A stretch of 64,000 nt of DNA from Mobula birostris (GCF_030028105.1 NC_092390.1:39724777-39788776), one strand, 5' to 3'. Positions 1-13,974 are shown, numbered from the stretch's first letter. Notes: generated by a model not told the origin, from the sequence alone. Program-made: numbers and translations.

Positions 1-1230
1 CAGCCAAGAGCTTTGTATGTAATGTTCCTTTCTGACTGCTGAAAGGGGAAGGGAAGGGACGATACGCCCAGTGATGAAATATACGTGAAGGTGTTACAAA
101 TTGCAAAGGATGGCCTATTGAGTGTGGAGACTAGTGGGATTGAAAGTGAAGATCAGGGGAACTTTATCCTTGTATTGGCAAAGAGGCAGATAATGAGATC
201 AAAGAATGTGAGAAACCAGTTGTCAAGTATGGAAGTGAGGAAGGCATTGTTCAGGCGAAAGGAAGATGCCTCCGAGGCACTTTGAGGAAAATCATATCAT
301 CAGAGCAGAGACAACGGAGAAGTACTGAGGGAATGGAACATAATCCTTAAAAGAACAGGATGGAAGGTCATAGTGAGATAGTGGTGGGTGACTGTGGGCT
401 TGTAGCTGATGTGTTTTGTTAAATGAGACCTAGAAGTGGAATGGAAAGCATCAAAGATGATGAAGATGGCAAGGTGAGAACCGGGTGCAAATTGGCAACA
501 AATTAATGGATTTTTTGAGTTCTATGTGAGTGCAGCGAGTAGACCGATACATTGATCATTGTAGCAGAGAAAGATTTGAGGACAGGAGCCTGAGTAGGAT
601 TAAAATGTGGGTTGTTCTGTGTTTCCCAGAAAAAGCCAGGCGTAGCCCCACACAAGTTCTGATAGCTACACTTTTGATCTGGAGAAGGTGAGTGGAGTTG
701 AAGGAGAAGTTATTCATTGTGAGAATTAGTTCAACCACGTAAATAAGTGTATCGGTGGAAGGGAAGTGTTTTGGCCTTTGTTTGGGGAAGAACTTGCAGG
801 CCCCCAGACCTTTCTAGTGAAGAATGGCCTTGAAGAGGGAATATACATATGCCCTGGTAACAGTGATCTGGCACACTGAAAACTGACAAAGGAACGGAAG
901 ACATCAAATATGTTATGGCTGTAAATGGGAGGGGTTTGGGCCAGGAGAGAAAGAATGGAGCGAAGGTAGGCGAAGATGCATTCTTTGGGGCAAGACCCTG
1001 TTGAACCAATGAGTTTCCCTGAACTGTCCTCTAGATCTTGGGGAGAAGGAAGAAGTGAGTTGTGCAGGGCTTGGGAGAATATAAAGCTGGAGGCTATGAA
1101 TGGAAGATCCAATGAGGAAATGAGATCTGTAACTGTGGGAGGCAATAATGGAGTAATGGTCCATAAGGGTTTATGAGTTGTTGTCCATGATCTGAACTTT
1201 GACCTCCACCAGGTCACTTTGCAGAGCACT
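1..1230 (-). mobile_element. Penelope-like element, degenerate reverse transcriptase region
   Basis: Minus-strand peptides such as LVELILTMNNFSFNSTHLLQIKSVA and GSCPKECIFAYLRSILSLL resemble the PLE RT. Many frameshifts and stops. Confidence 0.8.
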
Positions 1231-1720
1231 TGTGCTCATTTTATAGGAGTGACCATAAGTTTCCAGTTGCTTGCCACTTTAATTTGTCACCCCACTCGCA
1301 CTGTCATCTTTTTGTCCATGGTCTTCCGCGCTGGTACGACAATTTCTAAGGCAAATTTGAGAAACACCACCTTATTTTCATTCTGGGTACATTGAGCCTT
1401 CTGGACTAAGTACAGAAATCTTCAATTTTAGGTAGCTCACTGCTTCTTTCTGTTTGTATCAGAAATGGTCTTTCCTGCATCTTATCAGGTCAACTCAGTT
1501 TTCCTACTATGACCTGCTGGTTCACGCTCAACACAGAAGCTCAAATTTCTGGTAAATGCTCCCATTAACCTTATCAGAGACAGCTCCTTTGCTGTACACA
1601 TCCTCCCCTCATTCTGACAAAATGTCTCAGACCAGAAACATCAACTAGTTCCACTGGTGCTGTTTGATCTGCTGGATGTTCCTGGCATTTTGTGTTGTTA
1701 GTTCAGATTTTCTTCAGCCA
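1231..1720 (+). mobile_element. Inverted Penelope 3' segment (GIY-YIG C-terminus + pLTR remnant)
   Basis: Plus-strand PVACHFN..SHC..FVHGL-like remnant, followed by a degenerate CTGA..GAAACATC motif near 1613-1650. Opposite orientation to the RT at 1-1230. Confidence 0.6.
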
Positions 1721-3040
1721 GATGAAACTCAGTTTGTCAAACCACAACAACATCATCCTTGCTGACAGATTTGGTGACAATATTGCTCTGCAGGTTCAGA
1801 AGGGGTAGACAACAGTGAATAGAAGGTATGGAAGTATTGTAATAGTCATATCTGTGTCAATTAGCAATTAGAAATCAATATATCTAAACAGAGGTTGGGA
1901 TCCAGGTGGATCAGGAAACCTAGGTATCTGTAACAATTTATTCAGTGTTCTATTACTGTTTTACCTCATACTGTAGTATTATATTGATATGTATGAACAG
2001 TACGCAAGCTAAGTTTTCATTGTACTTCGGTACATGTTGCAATAATAAAACCGATATACCAATTTATTATCACTGGCCCATAACTCATACTGCAATCACC
2101 AGTCTCCTGGGTAGCCCCAGAGTCAACTGTGATGGCATTGCCTTGACTGATATCATGGAATGATATGGGTAAACATGAGAAGCCCAGCCACAAAAATATA
2201 GTACTGTTATGATTGTAAAGAAAAATACGTAAAAAATACTAAAATATGTTGAAAATTTCCCAAACAGCTACTAACACTCGGAAGCACTGTAAGATAATTA
2301 AAAAAAAACAAATCCAAATTAGATTAGAAGAGATTTATTTTTCCCTTTCAATTCTTCCGCAGAATGCTGCCATCTCTTCTGAAGTCAATGGTCTTGGAGA
2401 GCATCTCATTAAGACTCAATTCTACTGCTGGCATCAGGCAAACAACAAATGAGAAAAAGCCAGTGAAAATGAGTTAGAAAGTATTGGATTTCTATATTTG
2501 TACAGGGGTCCTGCAGCAAGTTGCCACTTATGCTGACAAATGCCTGCCTTTCTACGCAGACCTGCAACAACACCGGACCAATGTAAGGTAACTTTATTAG
2601 CTAATATTTAGATCATGCTCATTTTCTTCCCATGAGAGTATTGCCTTTCAGCTCCCAAAGAATAACTGAAAGACAATGCTCTAATGGTGAAAATATATAT
2701 CAACATAAATCAAGTTAAGCATCATATTTTATGTCGTGTAATGCTTATATAGCGTAAGCCTGCTTGCTTGAAATTAGTGGTCACATTTGCGAACTGAGTT
2801 CTGGTTGCCAATTAGTCCAGTTAAGTCTTCAAAAGTTGGAGATTGAATAGAGATTGGTTGGTTTACGGCAAAAAATACTTGCTACATAAGCAACTGCTTC
2901 CAACAGGTGCTGTACAACACAAGCTCTAAACTACCAGAGAAGTTAACAATATTTCACACAAAGACCTAATTTATATAATTTTCAAACTTGCTAATCGAGA
3001 TTCAAGGGTCAACTTTATTTGCCATATACATTCACATGTA

Positions 3041-3766
3041 CAAGTTGAGCATCCCTTATCTAAAATTCCAAAATCTAAAAACCTCTGAAATCCAGAATTT
3101 CTTTGAGCACTGACACAACGTCACAAATGGAAAATTCCACAGGGCGCTGGGAAGGTTCCCAGGCGATGCGCACATCTCTGCGCACCACGGACAGTTCTGA
3201 GAAGAGACCTCACATATGTAATGAACAGAAGTTAATGAAAAATAGAAAAACACTGCAAAAAGTGAAAAATGAAGATCTCAGTTGTATATTGAAAGACGAG
3301 AACTGTCATCCTCAGAGCAAACATTGCAACTTAATGGTATGTTGCTCATGACACAAGTAAAGATCCATCACAATGAACTGAAAATTGAAGGTAATTGTTT
3401 CATGTACAGAATTATTAAAAATAATATATAAAACTACCCCTCCCTGTCGGGTTGCTGCTTGAAATTGATGGCAGATATGAAGCCAATCACAGCACTTGCA
3501 TCTGTTAATTGATGCAGTAAGGGGTAGTCGTTCATCTCTGACAGGTCTCTGGAGGACCCAGTTCCATCACGCCAGACTGTGCCCCTTCTGCACGCTGTTC
3601 ACCCTGTGAGCTTCACACCAGCTATACACAAGCTGTAGGTTTCATGTTTAGAATTGGGTCCCATCCCCAAGGTATCTCATTATGTAAATGCAGGTATTTC
3701 CAAATCCGAAAACTATTTTCTCTCCATTCTGGCTCCAAGCCTTTCGGATAAGGGATACTCAACTGG
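3041..3766 (+). mobile_element. Pogo/Tigger (Tigger4/MER46-like) internally deleted DNA transposon
   Basis: TIRs CAAGTTGAGCATCCCTTATC / GATAAGGGATACTCAACTGG with TA on both flanks. Internal remnant RKTLQKVKNEDL...LNGMLLMTQVKIHHNELKIEG (CENP-B HTH-like). Confidence 0.8.
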
Positions 3767-4456
3767 TATTAGGAATTTGCTGTGGTATTTTGGTCAAGGC
3801 TTGATATGCAACAAGAAAAAAACAATAACTTTCAACAATTATAAAGAATAGAGAATTATATAAAAAATCAAGTTAGGAGTTGAAGTACCGATTTCCTTCT
3901 TGTATGGTAAGAATGTGTTATCTCCTTGTGGAGTGCATGAGGCTTCATGCTGACCATCTAAGAAATCATATATATTCTTTGGAGTTTAAATGAATGAGAA
4001 ATGATCTTATGGAACCTTGTAAGTTCCTCAGGAGGGCAAAAGATTTGATGTTGAGATGCTTCCATGAATGAGGGAAAATGAATTGACGGAATTACAAGGT
4101 TAGGAAGTGGTCACTAAAAACTGAGCTGCTTTAGAATTTCTTCTCTCAGGGCTTGGTGGATCTCTGGAAATTTCCACTCCAGAGGGTTAGGTCACTGGGG
4201 GCATTTAAAAAGGAAATAGGCAAATTATTGAAAGCTCTGATAATCAAGGGCTACGGTGAACCGACATGGAAGACCAGATGCGGAATGGGGCCTGTCAGGT
4301 TGGATGGGCTCTTATTTTCTGGTCTTATGCAGAGCTGAATCTTGGCAACTCAGCCATCAGTCAATGAGCAGTAGGGCAACACCTAAAGGCACAAAAACTG
4401 TATAATTTTATTGGCATCCTGATTATATGTTTGAAGTAGATTTGAAGGGCACAAAA

Positions 4457-4537
4457 CAGGGGTTTCCAACCTTTTATATGCCATGGAGTCTTATCATTAA
4501 CTGAGGAGTCCATGCTTTTCAGTTTGGGAAGCCACTG
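4457..4537. mobile_element. ~80-bp hAT-like MITE
   Basis: CAGGGGTTTCCAACC...TTTGGGAAGCCACTG termini. It is the inverse-orientation homologue of the copy at 11519-11597. TSD not clear. Confidence 0.55.
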
Positions 4538-4585
4538 GACTAAAGTATTAATGTTGTCCATTAAAGGAACTGCAAAGACCAAGAT

Positions 4586-6190
4586 TAGAAAAAACATAGA
4601 AATATAGAAAACCAACAGCACAATACAGTCCCTTTGGCCCACGATGCTGTGCCGAACATGTAGTTACTTTAGAAATTACCTAGGGTTACCCACAGCCCTC
4701 TATTTTTCTAAGCTCCATGTACCTATCCAAGAGTCTCTTAAAAGACCCTATTGTATCCACATCCACTACCGTTGCCAGCAGCCCATTCCACGCACTCACT
4801 AATCTGTGTGAAAAACCTACCCCTGGCATTTCTGTACCTACTTCCAAGCACCTCAGAACTGTGCCTTCTCAAGTTAGCCATTTCATCCCTGGGAAAAAGC
4901 CTCTGGCTATTCACATGATCAATGCTTCTTAACACTTTATTCACCTCTATCAGGTCACCTCTCATCCTCCATCGCTCCAAGGAGAAAAGGCCAAATTCCC
5001 TCAGCCTATTCTCATAAGGCATGCTCCCCAATCCAGGCAACATCCTTGTAAATCCCCTCTGCACCCTTTCTATAGGTTCCACATCCTTCCTGCAGTGAGG
5101 TGACCAGAACTGAGCACAGTACTCCAGGTGGGGTCTGCCCAGGGTCCTATATAGCTGTAACATTACCTCTTGGCTATTAAACTCAATCCCACAGTTGATG
5201 AAGGCCAGTGCACTGTATGCCTTCTTAACCACACAATCAACCTGTGCAGCAGCTTTGAGTGTCCAATGGACTCAGATCCCAAGATCCTTCTAATCCTTCA
5301 CACTGCCAAGAGTCTTACAATTAATGCTACATTCTGCCAGCATATTTGACCTACCAAAGTGAACCACTTCACACTTATCTGGGTTGAACTCCATCTGCCA
5401 CTTCTCAGCCCAGTTTTGCATCCTATCGATGTCCCGCTGTGACCTCTGACAGCCCTCCACACTATCCACAACACCCCCAACCTTTGTGTCATCAGCAAAT
5501 TTACTAACCCACCTCTCCACTTCATCATCCAGGTCATTTATAAAAACCACGAAGAGAAGGGGTCCCAGAACAGATTCCTCAGGCACACCACTGGTTCATT
5601 TCCCAATACCAGATCAAGTACAGCCTCTCTTCTTGTAGGCTTATCTGCATATTGTGTCAGGAAACCTTCCTGAACACATCTAACAAACCCTGTTACTATT
5701 GGGTGGTCTATAAAAATCTCCAGTAGAGTTATTGACCCCTTCCTGTTTCTAACTTCCTCCCACAGAAAATCAGTAGACAATCCCTCTATGACTTCCTCCT
5801 TCTCTGCAGCTGTGACACTACCTCTGATCAGCAGTACCACGTCCTCACCCCTTCTGCTCCCTTCCCTGTCCTTTCTGAAACATCTAAAGCCTGGCACTCT
5901 AAATAGCCATTCCTGCCCCTGAGCCATCCAAATCTCTGTAATGGACAAAACATCATAGCTCCAAGTCCTGATCCACGCTCTAAACCCATCCACTTTGTTC
6001 ATGATTCTCCTTGCATTAAAATAGACACATCTCAAACCATCAGTCTGAACGCATCCCTTCTCTACCACCTGCCTGTCCTCCCTCTCATACTGCCTACAAG
6101 CTTTCTCCATTTGTGAGTCAACCTCCCTTTCCTCCGTCACATCAGTTTGGTTCCCACCCTCCAGGAATTCTAGTTTAAACTCTCCCCAAT
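4586..6190 (-). mobile_element. CR1 LINE with internal deletions (endonuclease fused to RT 3' half)
   Basis: EN motifs YFNARRIMNK, DVLSITEIW and DKPTRREAVLDLVL run directly into RT LGPLLFVVFINDLD / SKFADDTKVGG, then GRPHLEYCAQFW and a (TAGAA)-type tail at ~4590. Confidence 0.9.
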
Positions 6191-6513
6191 AACCACTTAT
6201 TAACACTTTCCAGCATACCAATCTGACTTGTACATTCACGCAGATATCAAACTCATTATGTAAAATTGTTGATGAACGAGAATGTTTAGCGTTGAATGGA
6301 AGGTTTTGATTCAATAATCTATGTTAAATATTTAAAGCATCCTGCTAAAATGTGAATCATAAATCTACAACTATGCAAAATGTTCTGTTGTATTAGAAAG
6401 TCAATGTCAGCTCAAGTGGTTTCCAGAAAATGCATACGAGTAACTAGCAAAATATGTTCAGTATATGTGTATTCCCATGGATCTCAGAAACAAGGAGCTA
6501 GGTTTCTATTATA

Positions 6514-8131
6514 CAGTGGCATGCAAAAGTTTGGGCTCCCCGGTCAAAATTTCTTGTTACTGTGAATAGTTAAGTGACTGGAAGATGAACTGATCTCCAA
6601 AAGTCATAAAGTTAAAGATGAAACATTCTTTTCAACATTTTAAGCAAGGTTAGTGTATTATTTTTGTTTTGTACAATTTTAGAGTGAAAAAAAAGGAAAG
6701 GAGCATCATGCAAAAGTTTGGGCACCCCAAGAGATTTGAGCTCTCAGATAACTTTTACCAAGGTCTCAGACCTTAATTAACTTGTTAGGGCTATGGCTTG
6801 TTCACAATCATCATTAGGAAAGGCCAGGTGATGCAAATTTCAAAGCTTTATAAATACCCTGACTCCTCAAACCTTGTCCCAATAATCAGCAGCAATGGGC
6901 TCCTCTGAGCAGCTGCCTAGCACTCTGAAAATTAAAATAAATGGTGCCCACAAAGCAGGAGAAGGCTATAAGAAGATAGCAAGGTGTTTTCAGGTAGCTG
7001 TTTCTCAGTTCGTAATGTAATTAAGGAATGGCAGTTAACGGGAATGGTGGAGGTCAAGTTGAGGTCTGGAAGACCAAGAAAACTTTCCAAGAGAACTGCT
7101 TGTAGGATTGCTAGAAGGGCAAATCAAAACTCCCATTTGACTGCAAAAGACCTTCAGGAAGAGTTAGCAGACTCTGGAGTGGTGGTGCACTGTTCTACTG
7201 TGCAGCGACACCTGCACAAATATGACCTTCATGGAAGAGTCATCAGAAGAAAACCTTTCCTGCATCCTCACCACAACATTCAGCGTCAGAAGTTTGCAAA
7301 GGAACATCTAAACAAGCCTGATGCATTTTGGAAAGAAATCCTGTGGACTGATGAAGTTAAAATAGAACTTTTTGGCCGCAATGAGCAAAGGTATGTTTGG
7401 AGAAAAAAGGGTGCAGAATTTCACGAAAAGAACACCTCTCCAACTGTTAAGCATGAGGGTTAATTGATCATGCTTTGGGCTTGTGTTGCAGCCAGTGGCA
7501 CGGGGAACATTTCACTGGTAGAGGGAAGAATGAATTCAATTAAAAACCAGTAAATTCTGGAAACAAACATCACACCATCTGTAAAAAAGCTGAAGATGAA
7601 AAGAGGATGGCTTCTACAACAGGATAATGATCCTAAACACACCTCAAAATCCACAATGGACTACCTCAAGAGGCGCAAGCTGAAGGTTTTGCATCGCCCT
7701 CACAGTCCCCCGACCTAAACATCATCAAAAATCTGTGGACAGACCTCAAAAGAGCAGTGCATGCAGGACAGTCCAAGAATCTCACAGAACTAGAAGCCTT
7801 TTGCAAGGAAGAATGGGCGAAAATCCCACAAACAAGAATTGAAAGACTCTTAGCTGGCTACAGAAAGCGTTTACAAGCTGTGATATTGCCAATGGGAGTG
7901 TTAAAGTACTGACCATGCAGGGTGCCCAAACTTTTGCTTCAAGCCCGTTTCCTTTTTTGTTATTTTGAAACTGTAAAAGATGGAAATAAAAAAGTAATCT
8001 TGCTTAAAATATTAAAGAAATGTGTCATCTTTAACTTTATGCCTTTTGGAAATCCGGTCGTCTTTTACTCACTTAGCTATTCACTGTAACAGAAATTTTG
8101 ACTGGGGTGCCCAAACTTTTGCATGCTCTTT
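6514..8131 (+). mobile_element. Tc1-family (IR/DR type) transposon, inactive
   Basis: ~215-bp TIRs (6514-6728, 7920-8131), each with inner and outer GCAAAAGTTTGGGCACCC repeats, and a 5' TA. Transposase remnant has WTDEVKIE, QDNDPKH and PDLNIIKNLW (catalytic E reads as K), plus frameshifts. Confidence 0.92.
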
Positions 8132-9014
8132 ATGTATTATTTGATTCATAGAAATGAACAATGTATTATTAGTCCCTTTATCATAAAGGTGGGGCTTAAA
8201 TTAATCAGTACTGGACTTGCATCAGAGTCCATCATGGTCACAATATAAAGATTTGAAATAGCGCCTTGATACAAACATAAAAACTGAAAATGTTTGACCT
8301 TGGGCCAAGGCCATATCATAGTGAAACTGAACAAGGTAGTGGTGGTTTATTTGATTTTGCAGATGCTAATTTGCTTCCATTTCACTGTATTTTTAGTGGG
8401 ATAATGCTGTTTGACCAGCTGGTTTCTGTAGTTGAACATCCATTTGTTCATGCACCAGCAATGGTGATCATTATGAGCTGCTGATCTGATGCCATTCCTG
8501 CCAAACTAGACGTTGGTGACTCAGCTATCCTCGTGTAATCTGGAATTAATGCAGGAAGATTCCCCTCCCCATCTACTACCAGGGATCCTTGGTGAATTAT
8601 CACCTTCCCAGTGTTTAGGATTTCAATTTGCTTGAGAAAATGATTAATTCATTGGATTATGAATATAAGTTACGCTGTTTGCTGTGGCTAGGGCAGATAT
8701 GGTATCTTCCAAACTCCACGCACAGGATCAGTGATGGCTAATCCACATGCCTTCAGCATAATGGGGAAGAGGAGGGTTGAAGAAGAATCTTGCCAAGAGA
8801 TCTTGTCCAGCTAGAATCAGCAAGGGTGTGCCCAATCTCTCCAACTGAGCAGCAGGCCCTTGGGAACCCCCATTTCTCCATGGAGGTGACGACAGAGATG
8901 TGCCATGTGCAACAAGCACAGCTGTATTCCCACCGAAACAAACAAAACCTCTCTGCCTGTGACCGGGGAGGTTTCAATTTTTTTGCATTATGTGTATGTA
9001 CAAAAGAAGAAAAT

Positions 9015-10165
9015 TTAGAACATAGAACATAGAAATCTACAGCACATTACAGCACAATCTACAAAACTCTGGTTAGGCCACACTTGGAGTACTGTGTCCA
9101 GTTCTGGTCGCCTCATTATAGGAAGGATGTGGAAGCACTGGAAGGAGTACAGAGGAGATTTACCACGATGCTGCCTGGTTTAGAAAGTATGCATTATGAT
9201 CAGAGATTAAGGGAGCTAGGGCTTTACACTTTGGAGAGAAGGAGGATGAGAGGAGACATGATAGAGGTGTGCAAGATAATAAGAGGAATAGATAGAGTGG
9301 ATAGCCAGCACCTCTTCCCCAAGGCACTACTGCTCAATACAAGAGGACATGGCTTTAAGATAAGGGGTGGGAAGTTCAAGGGGGATATTAGAGGAAGGAT
9401 TTTACTCAGAGAGTGGTTGGTGCGTGGAATGCACTGCCTGAGTCAGTGGTGGAGGCAGATACACTAGTAAAGTTTAAGAGTCTACTAGACAGGTATATGG
9501 AGGAATTTAAGGTGGCAGGTTATATGGGAGGCAGGGTTTAAGGGTCAGCACAACATTGTGGGCCGAAGGGCCTGTACTGTTCTGTGCTGTACTATTCTAT
9601 GTTCTCTATGTTCTATTATAGGCCCTTCGGCCCACAATGTTGTGCTGACCATGGAACCTACTCTAGAAACTGCCTAGAATTTCCCTAGTGCATAGCCCTC
9701 TATTATTCTAAGCTCCTTGCACCTATCTAAGAGGCTCTTAAAAGACCCTGTTGTATCCGTTTCCACCACCACCGCCAGCAGTGCATTCCATGCACCCACC
9801 ACTCTCTCTGTGTGAAAAAATTACCCCTGATCTCCCTTCGGTACCTATTTGTAAGCACCTTAAAGCTATGCCCCCTCATGTTAGTCATTTCAGCCCTGGT
9901 AAAAAGCCTCTGGCTATTCACACAATCAATGCCCCTCATCATCTTATACACCTCTGTCAGGTCAGCTCTCATCCTCCGTCGCTCCCAGGAGAAAAGGCCA
10001 AGTTCACTCAACCTATTCTCATAAAGTACGCCCTCCAATCCAGGCAACATCCTTGTAAATCTCCTCTGCACTCTCTCTATATTATCCACACCCGTCCTGT
10101 AGTGGGGTGATCAGAACTGAACACAGTACTCCAAGTAGGATCTGACCAGGGTCTTATATAGCTTG
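9015..10165 (-). mobile_element. 5'-truncated CR1 3' end, interrupted by a second CR1
   Basis: ERVQRRFTRMLPGLEG...RMRADL peptide. Its 3' tail (AGAACATAGAACATAGAA) lies at 9015-9052 and is separated from the body by the insertion. Confidence 0.85.
9053..9614 (+). mobile_element. 5'-truncated CR1 3' end nested in the opposite-strand CR1
   Basis: LEYCVQFWSPHYRKDVEALEGVQRRFT peptide and (TATGTTC) tail. Flanked by ATTACAG (9046-9052) and ATTATAG (9615-9621). Confidence 0.85.
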
Positions 10166-10199
10166 CAAATTCTTTACATTCAGTGTTTTAAATTTACTT

Positions 10200-11800
10200 T
10201 TTAAACCTATAGGGTTTTTGCCACTCATGTACCCCCCCCCCCGGGGTGATACATCATTTCACTGTTTGAGGGGCTTCCCAACCCGACAACTCCTCCACGT
10301 CCCACAGTGGAAAGAGCCTAGACTTCCCTAAAGAGCCTTTGCATTGGCTGCACCGAGTTTCACTGCGTCCCTCAGCATGTACCACCGTAGCCTAGACCAT
10401 GCCAGTCAGCAGCATTCTCTCATGGACATCTTGCTGTGCTGGAAGACCAACAAGTTTTGGGAAGATCAAAAGGCGACTTTCAATAAATTGAAGGAGAATT
10501 TGACGTCTGTCCCGGCGTGTGCACCTGAGAACAGCCTGTAGATCGGAGAGCCCTCTGTTATGCAGCTGCTCGGGATAAAGCAAGTAAAGGATTCTTGCAT
10601 GCGTCTCTACATGCTCTTAGCAGCTCCACACTCTACAAAGAGGTGGATGACCATCTCTTCTCTACTGCAGCAATCTTGAGGGCAACATGCTTTGTGGAGG
10701 ATATACCTCCTGTACAGGAAGGATCTGAGTGTGAGAGCCCCTCTCACTGCCAGGTAAGCAAGGTTCTGGCGAGTTTTAGGGATGAGGGCATTCTGACAGA
10801 TAACTTGGACAGTTTGGTCAGGGAATCGTCCCACCGTATCCATTGATATCTTCTCCCACAGTATCTGAAGAACGTTCCGTGCTGACCATTGCCTAAGGGA
10901 TATTCTTCCAGGGAAAGGTGTTTGCCTGGAAGAACTCATCCATGAAGGATATTGACAGGATGTTACATGACAACAGGGCCAGACAAGCTTCCATGATGCC
11001 AGGAACAGGTAGCCCCTGAGCAGATAGTTTGAATACTTTGTTACATACCTTGAATTCATGCACAGCCTGATGTAGACACGCACAAAGGACAGCATCGGAA
11101 TGAGGACAAGGTTGAATAGATTTTTGAGGTCATTGTCTGGGGATTTGTACGTTGTAATCTGATGGACTCACTTCATCTTGGCTCCTGAATGATCTAGAGG
11201 ATGTCCTGGACACCTGATGAGGAGAAGGACCAGGGAACTACACACCTGTGCTAAGTACAGTGACCCAGACAGCAGATCACAACTGATGACCAAATTCTTC
11301 CCAGTTACTGACAAAGAGTGTCATTTCCACAGGCCTAATTTTTGTTTAACTTTACCAATTTGCTCCAGGCAATTAATTTTAAACATCTCAGTCCCTCTGA
11401 ACCAGATCCTCAGTACCTTCAGTTGGTCTGACTTGGTGGTTGCATTCATTGGCCAGTTGTCGAAGAGCATGGCCTTGCTCTTACTATGGTTGGCTCTGGC
11501 CCCTGATGTTGATTTAAGCCGGGGTTTCCAACCTGGGGTCCAAGGACCCCTTGGTCAATGGTGATGGTCCACGGCATAAAAAAGGTTGGGCACCATGATC
11601 TGAACAGCTTGTAGATGCTGACCAATCTGTGAACTGACTGTGGATCCGAGCAGAAGACGGAGACATCATCTATGTACAGGGGTGTTTTGATCTGAATGCC
11701 TCTGCTACTTAGCAATGTTACCCACTTACTTTCTCATCCTTGCTGACAGAATCAGCAAAAGGTTCTATGCAACAGACAGGGAAGACAAGCCATAAGCACT
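10200..11800 (-). mobile_element. Tx1/L1-clade LINE ORF2 3' part (RT + zf-RVT), degenerate
   Basis: KTPLYIDDVSVFCSDPQS (YxDD motif), WSARNVLQ, CPQDC..EEMVIHLFVEC and a C-terminal RDAVKLGAANAK-like segment. Confidence 0.8.
11519..11597. mobile_element. ~80-bp hAT-like MITE inserted in Tx1 RT
   Basis: CCGGGGTTTCCAACC...GGTTGGGCACCATG termini. It interrupts the KLFRS/TSGARAN reading frame. Confidence 0.6.
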
Positions 11801-12734
11801 ATCACCTTGTGTCTTTGCAGCTGGTGATGTTCGCGATGCCAGCTGGTAACCAGCCGACAGCTGCAATGACGACGTGACAGAAGCTCTGTACTCTATGCGT
11901 TTTCTCCTTCATAGATCCTTACCCCTGCTTCTGAAACATTCCTCATATGCATGAGTTTCAACATGAAGACTCCCCCATCTGAGGCATCTACTGCAGTATG
12001 CAGAGTGACAATATTGAAGAAAACACACTTTGGTCAATCTGTTCTTGGTCTCTTTTGTTCTTCAGCAGCCTAGGTCTATCCAGATGGGAGTTCACGGCTG
12101 TATGAAATAAGGGAAGGTAAGGTAAACAAAGTAGAATGTGAGGTATTTGATTACGTTGCACACATCTTGGATATTAGAGGATCTCTGGGATTAGCAGTAT
12201 GTGTGAAATAAGATGCATAAAATACGAGTACACCAACTCCTTCAATGAAATCTCCAATGATGTTGGTCACAGTCTGTGAGGTGATCATTCCATAGTCACC
12301 TACACTCTCCTCCAGGCCAGCGAGCTGATAAATAGGAAGTTGTCCTGCCTTTAGTAACGGTGATCTTGAGAAATGCAGGAAGGTTGAGCCAGTTGAGCCT
12401 ACACTCATTGGTAGTTGAGAGGTTATCTTGTTAAAATATAAGACTCTGAGGAGGTAACATACGGCGTGCTTTGAGATGACATTTCCTCTGACAGAGGAAT
12501 CCAGAACTAGAGATTCAAACAGATTTTATGTCTACAGGGAAGTTGTGGGTTACAAAGATGAAAGTGGAACATGGGCAAAGGTCAGATCAGTCTTGTTTAG
12601 TAAACTCAAGTATCAAAGTAGCCTCCTCCTGTATAATATTTTTGTATGTATATGAGAGCAGGGAATGTGTATCTTGCAAAGTGAATGTGTAATGCCTCTG
12701 ATGTGGTTGAATAACTAGCAGAATTGCCTAGCTA

Positions 12735-13970
12735 CAGGCAAGCTGCTGGAGGGCTGGCAAGTAGTAATGTTGTTTCATTATTCAAGAAGGGAAAGAGGAT
12801 TAACCCTAGAAACTATAGACTGCTGACTCTCACACCCCTGGCAGGGAAGTTACTGGTGAGGATTATTAGGGATGGGATTTATGAGCAATTGGAGAACCAT
12901 GATCAATTAGGGACAATCAGCATGGTTTGTCTTTCTAATTTGACTGAGTTTTTTTAAAAAGTACTGAGGTGAAAACTGAAGGTAGAGCTGTAGACATCAT
13001 CTACATAGATTTTAGTAAGGCTTTTGACAAGGTCCCTCACAGGAGGCCCATCCAGAGATTAAGATGCATGGGATCCATGGTAAATTAACCATTTGGATTC
13101 AGAATTAGCTTTCTCATAGGAAACAGTGGGTAGTGGTCAATAGGAGTTATTCTGACTGGAGGATTTGACGAGTGATGTTTTATCTGGAATCTGTCATGGG
13201 ACCTCTGCAATGTGATATATATAAGTGACCTGGAAGAAAATATTGAAGGGTAGGTTGGTAAGTTTGCAGATAATATGAAGATTGGTGGTGTAGCCAATAG
13301 CATAGAAGACTGGCACAGCACGATTTAAATCAGTTGCAGATATGGGAGAACAAGAAGGCAATGGCATGCTTCCCTTTATTAGTTGAGGCATAGTGTTCAA
13401 AAGTCAGGAAGTTATGTTGCGGCTTTATACAACTCAAGTTAGACTGCATCTGAAGTTTTGCATAGAGTTCTGGTTGCCCCAGTATAGGAAGGGTGACTTG
13501 GCTTTGGAGCGGGTGCAGAAGAGGTTTAAAAGGATGCTGCCTGGATTAGAGTACTTGTGCTATAACAAAAGGTTGGACAAACTTATGTTGTTTTCTCTGG
13601 AGCAGCGAAGGCTGAGGGGAGATCTGACAGAGGTTTATAAGATTAGGAGAGGCATAGATAGAGTAGACAGACAGTATCTTTTTCCCAGGATTGAAATGTC
13701 TAATACCATGCCTTCAAATACCATGCATTTAAGGTGAAAGGGGTAATTTTAAAGGAGATGTGGGAGGCATGCTTTTTAACAGAGAAGGTAATGACTGCCT
13801 GGAATGCGATGCCTGGGATGGTGGTAGAGGCAGATACATTTAGTTAGGCATGTGAAGAGGAGGAAAATGGAGGGATATGGACATTGTGTAGGTATAAGGG
13901 ATCAGTTTAGTTGCCCATTTGATTACTAACTTATTTGCTTTTGGGCTGAAAGGCCTGTTCCTGTGCTGTA
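12735..13970 (+). mobile_element. Degenerate CR1 LINE ORF2 3' half
   Basis: NVVSLFKKGKR.NPRNYR, DFSKAFDKVPH, KFAD..KIGG and ERVQKRFKRMLPGL remnants. Confidence 0.85.
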
Positions 13971-13974
13971 CTGA

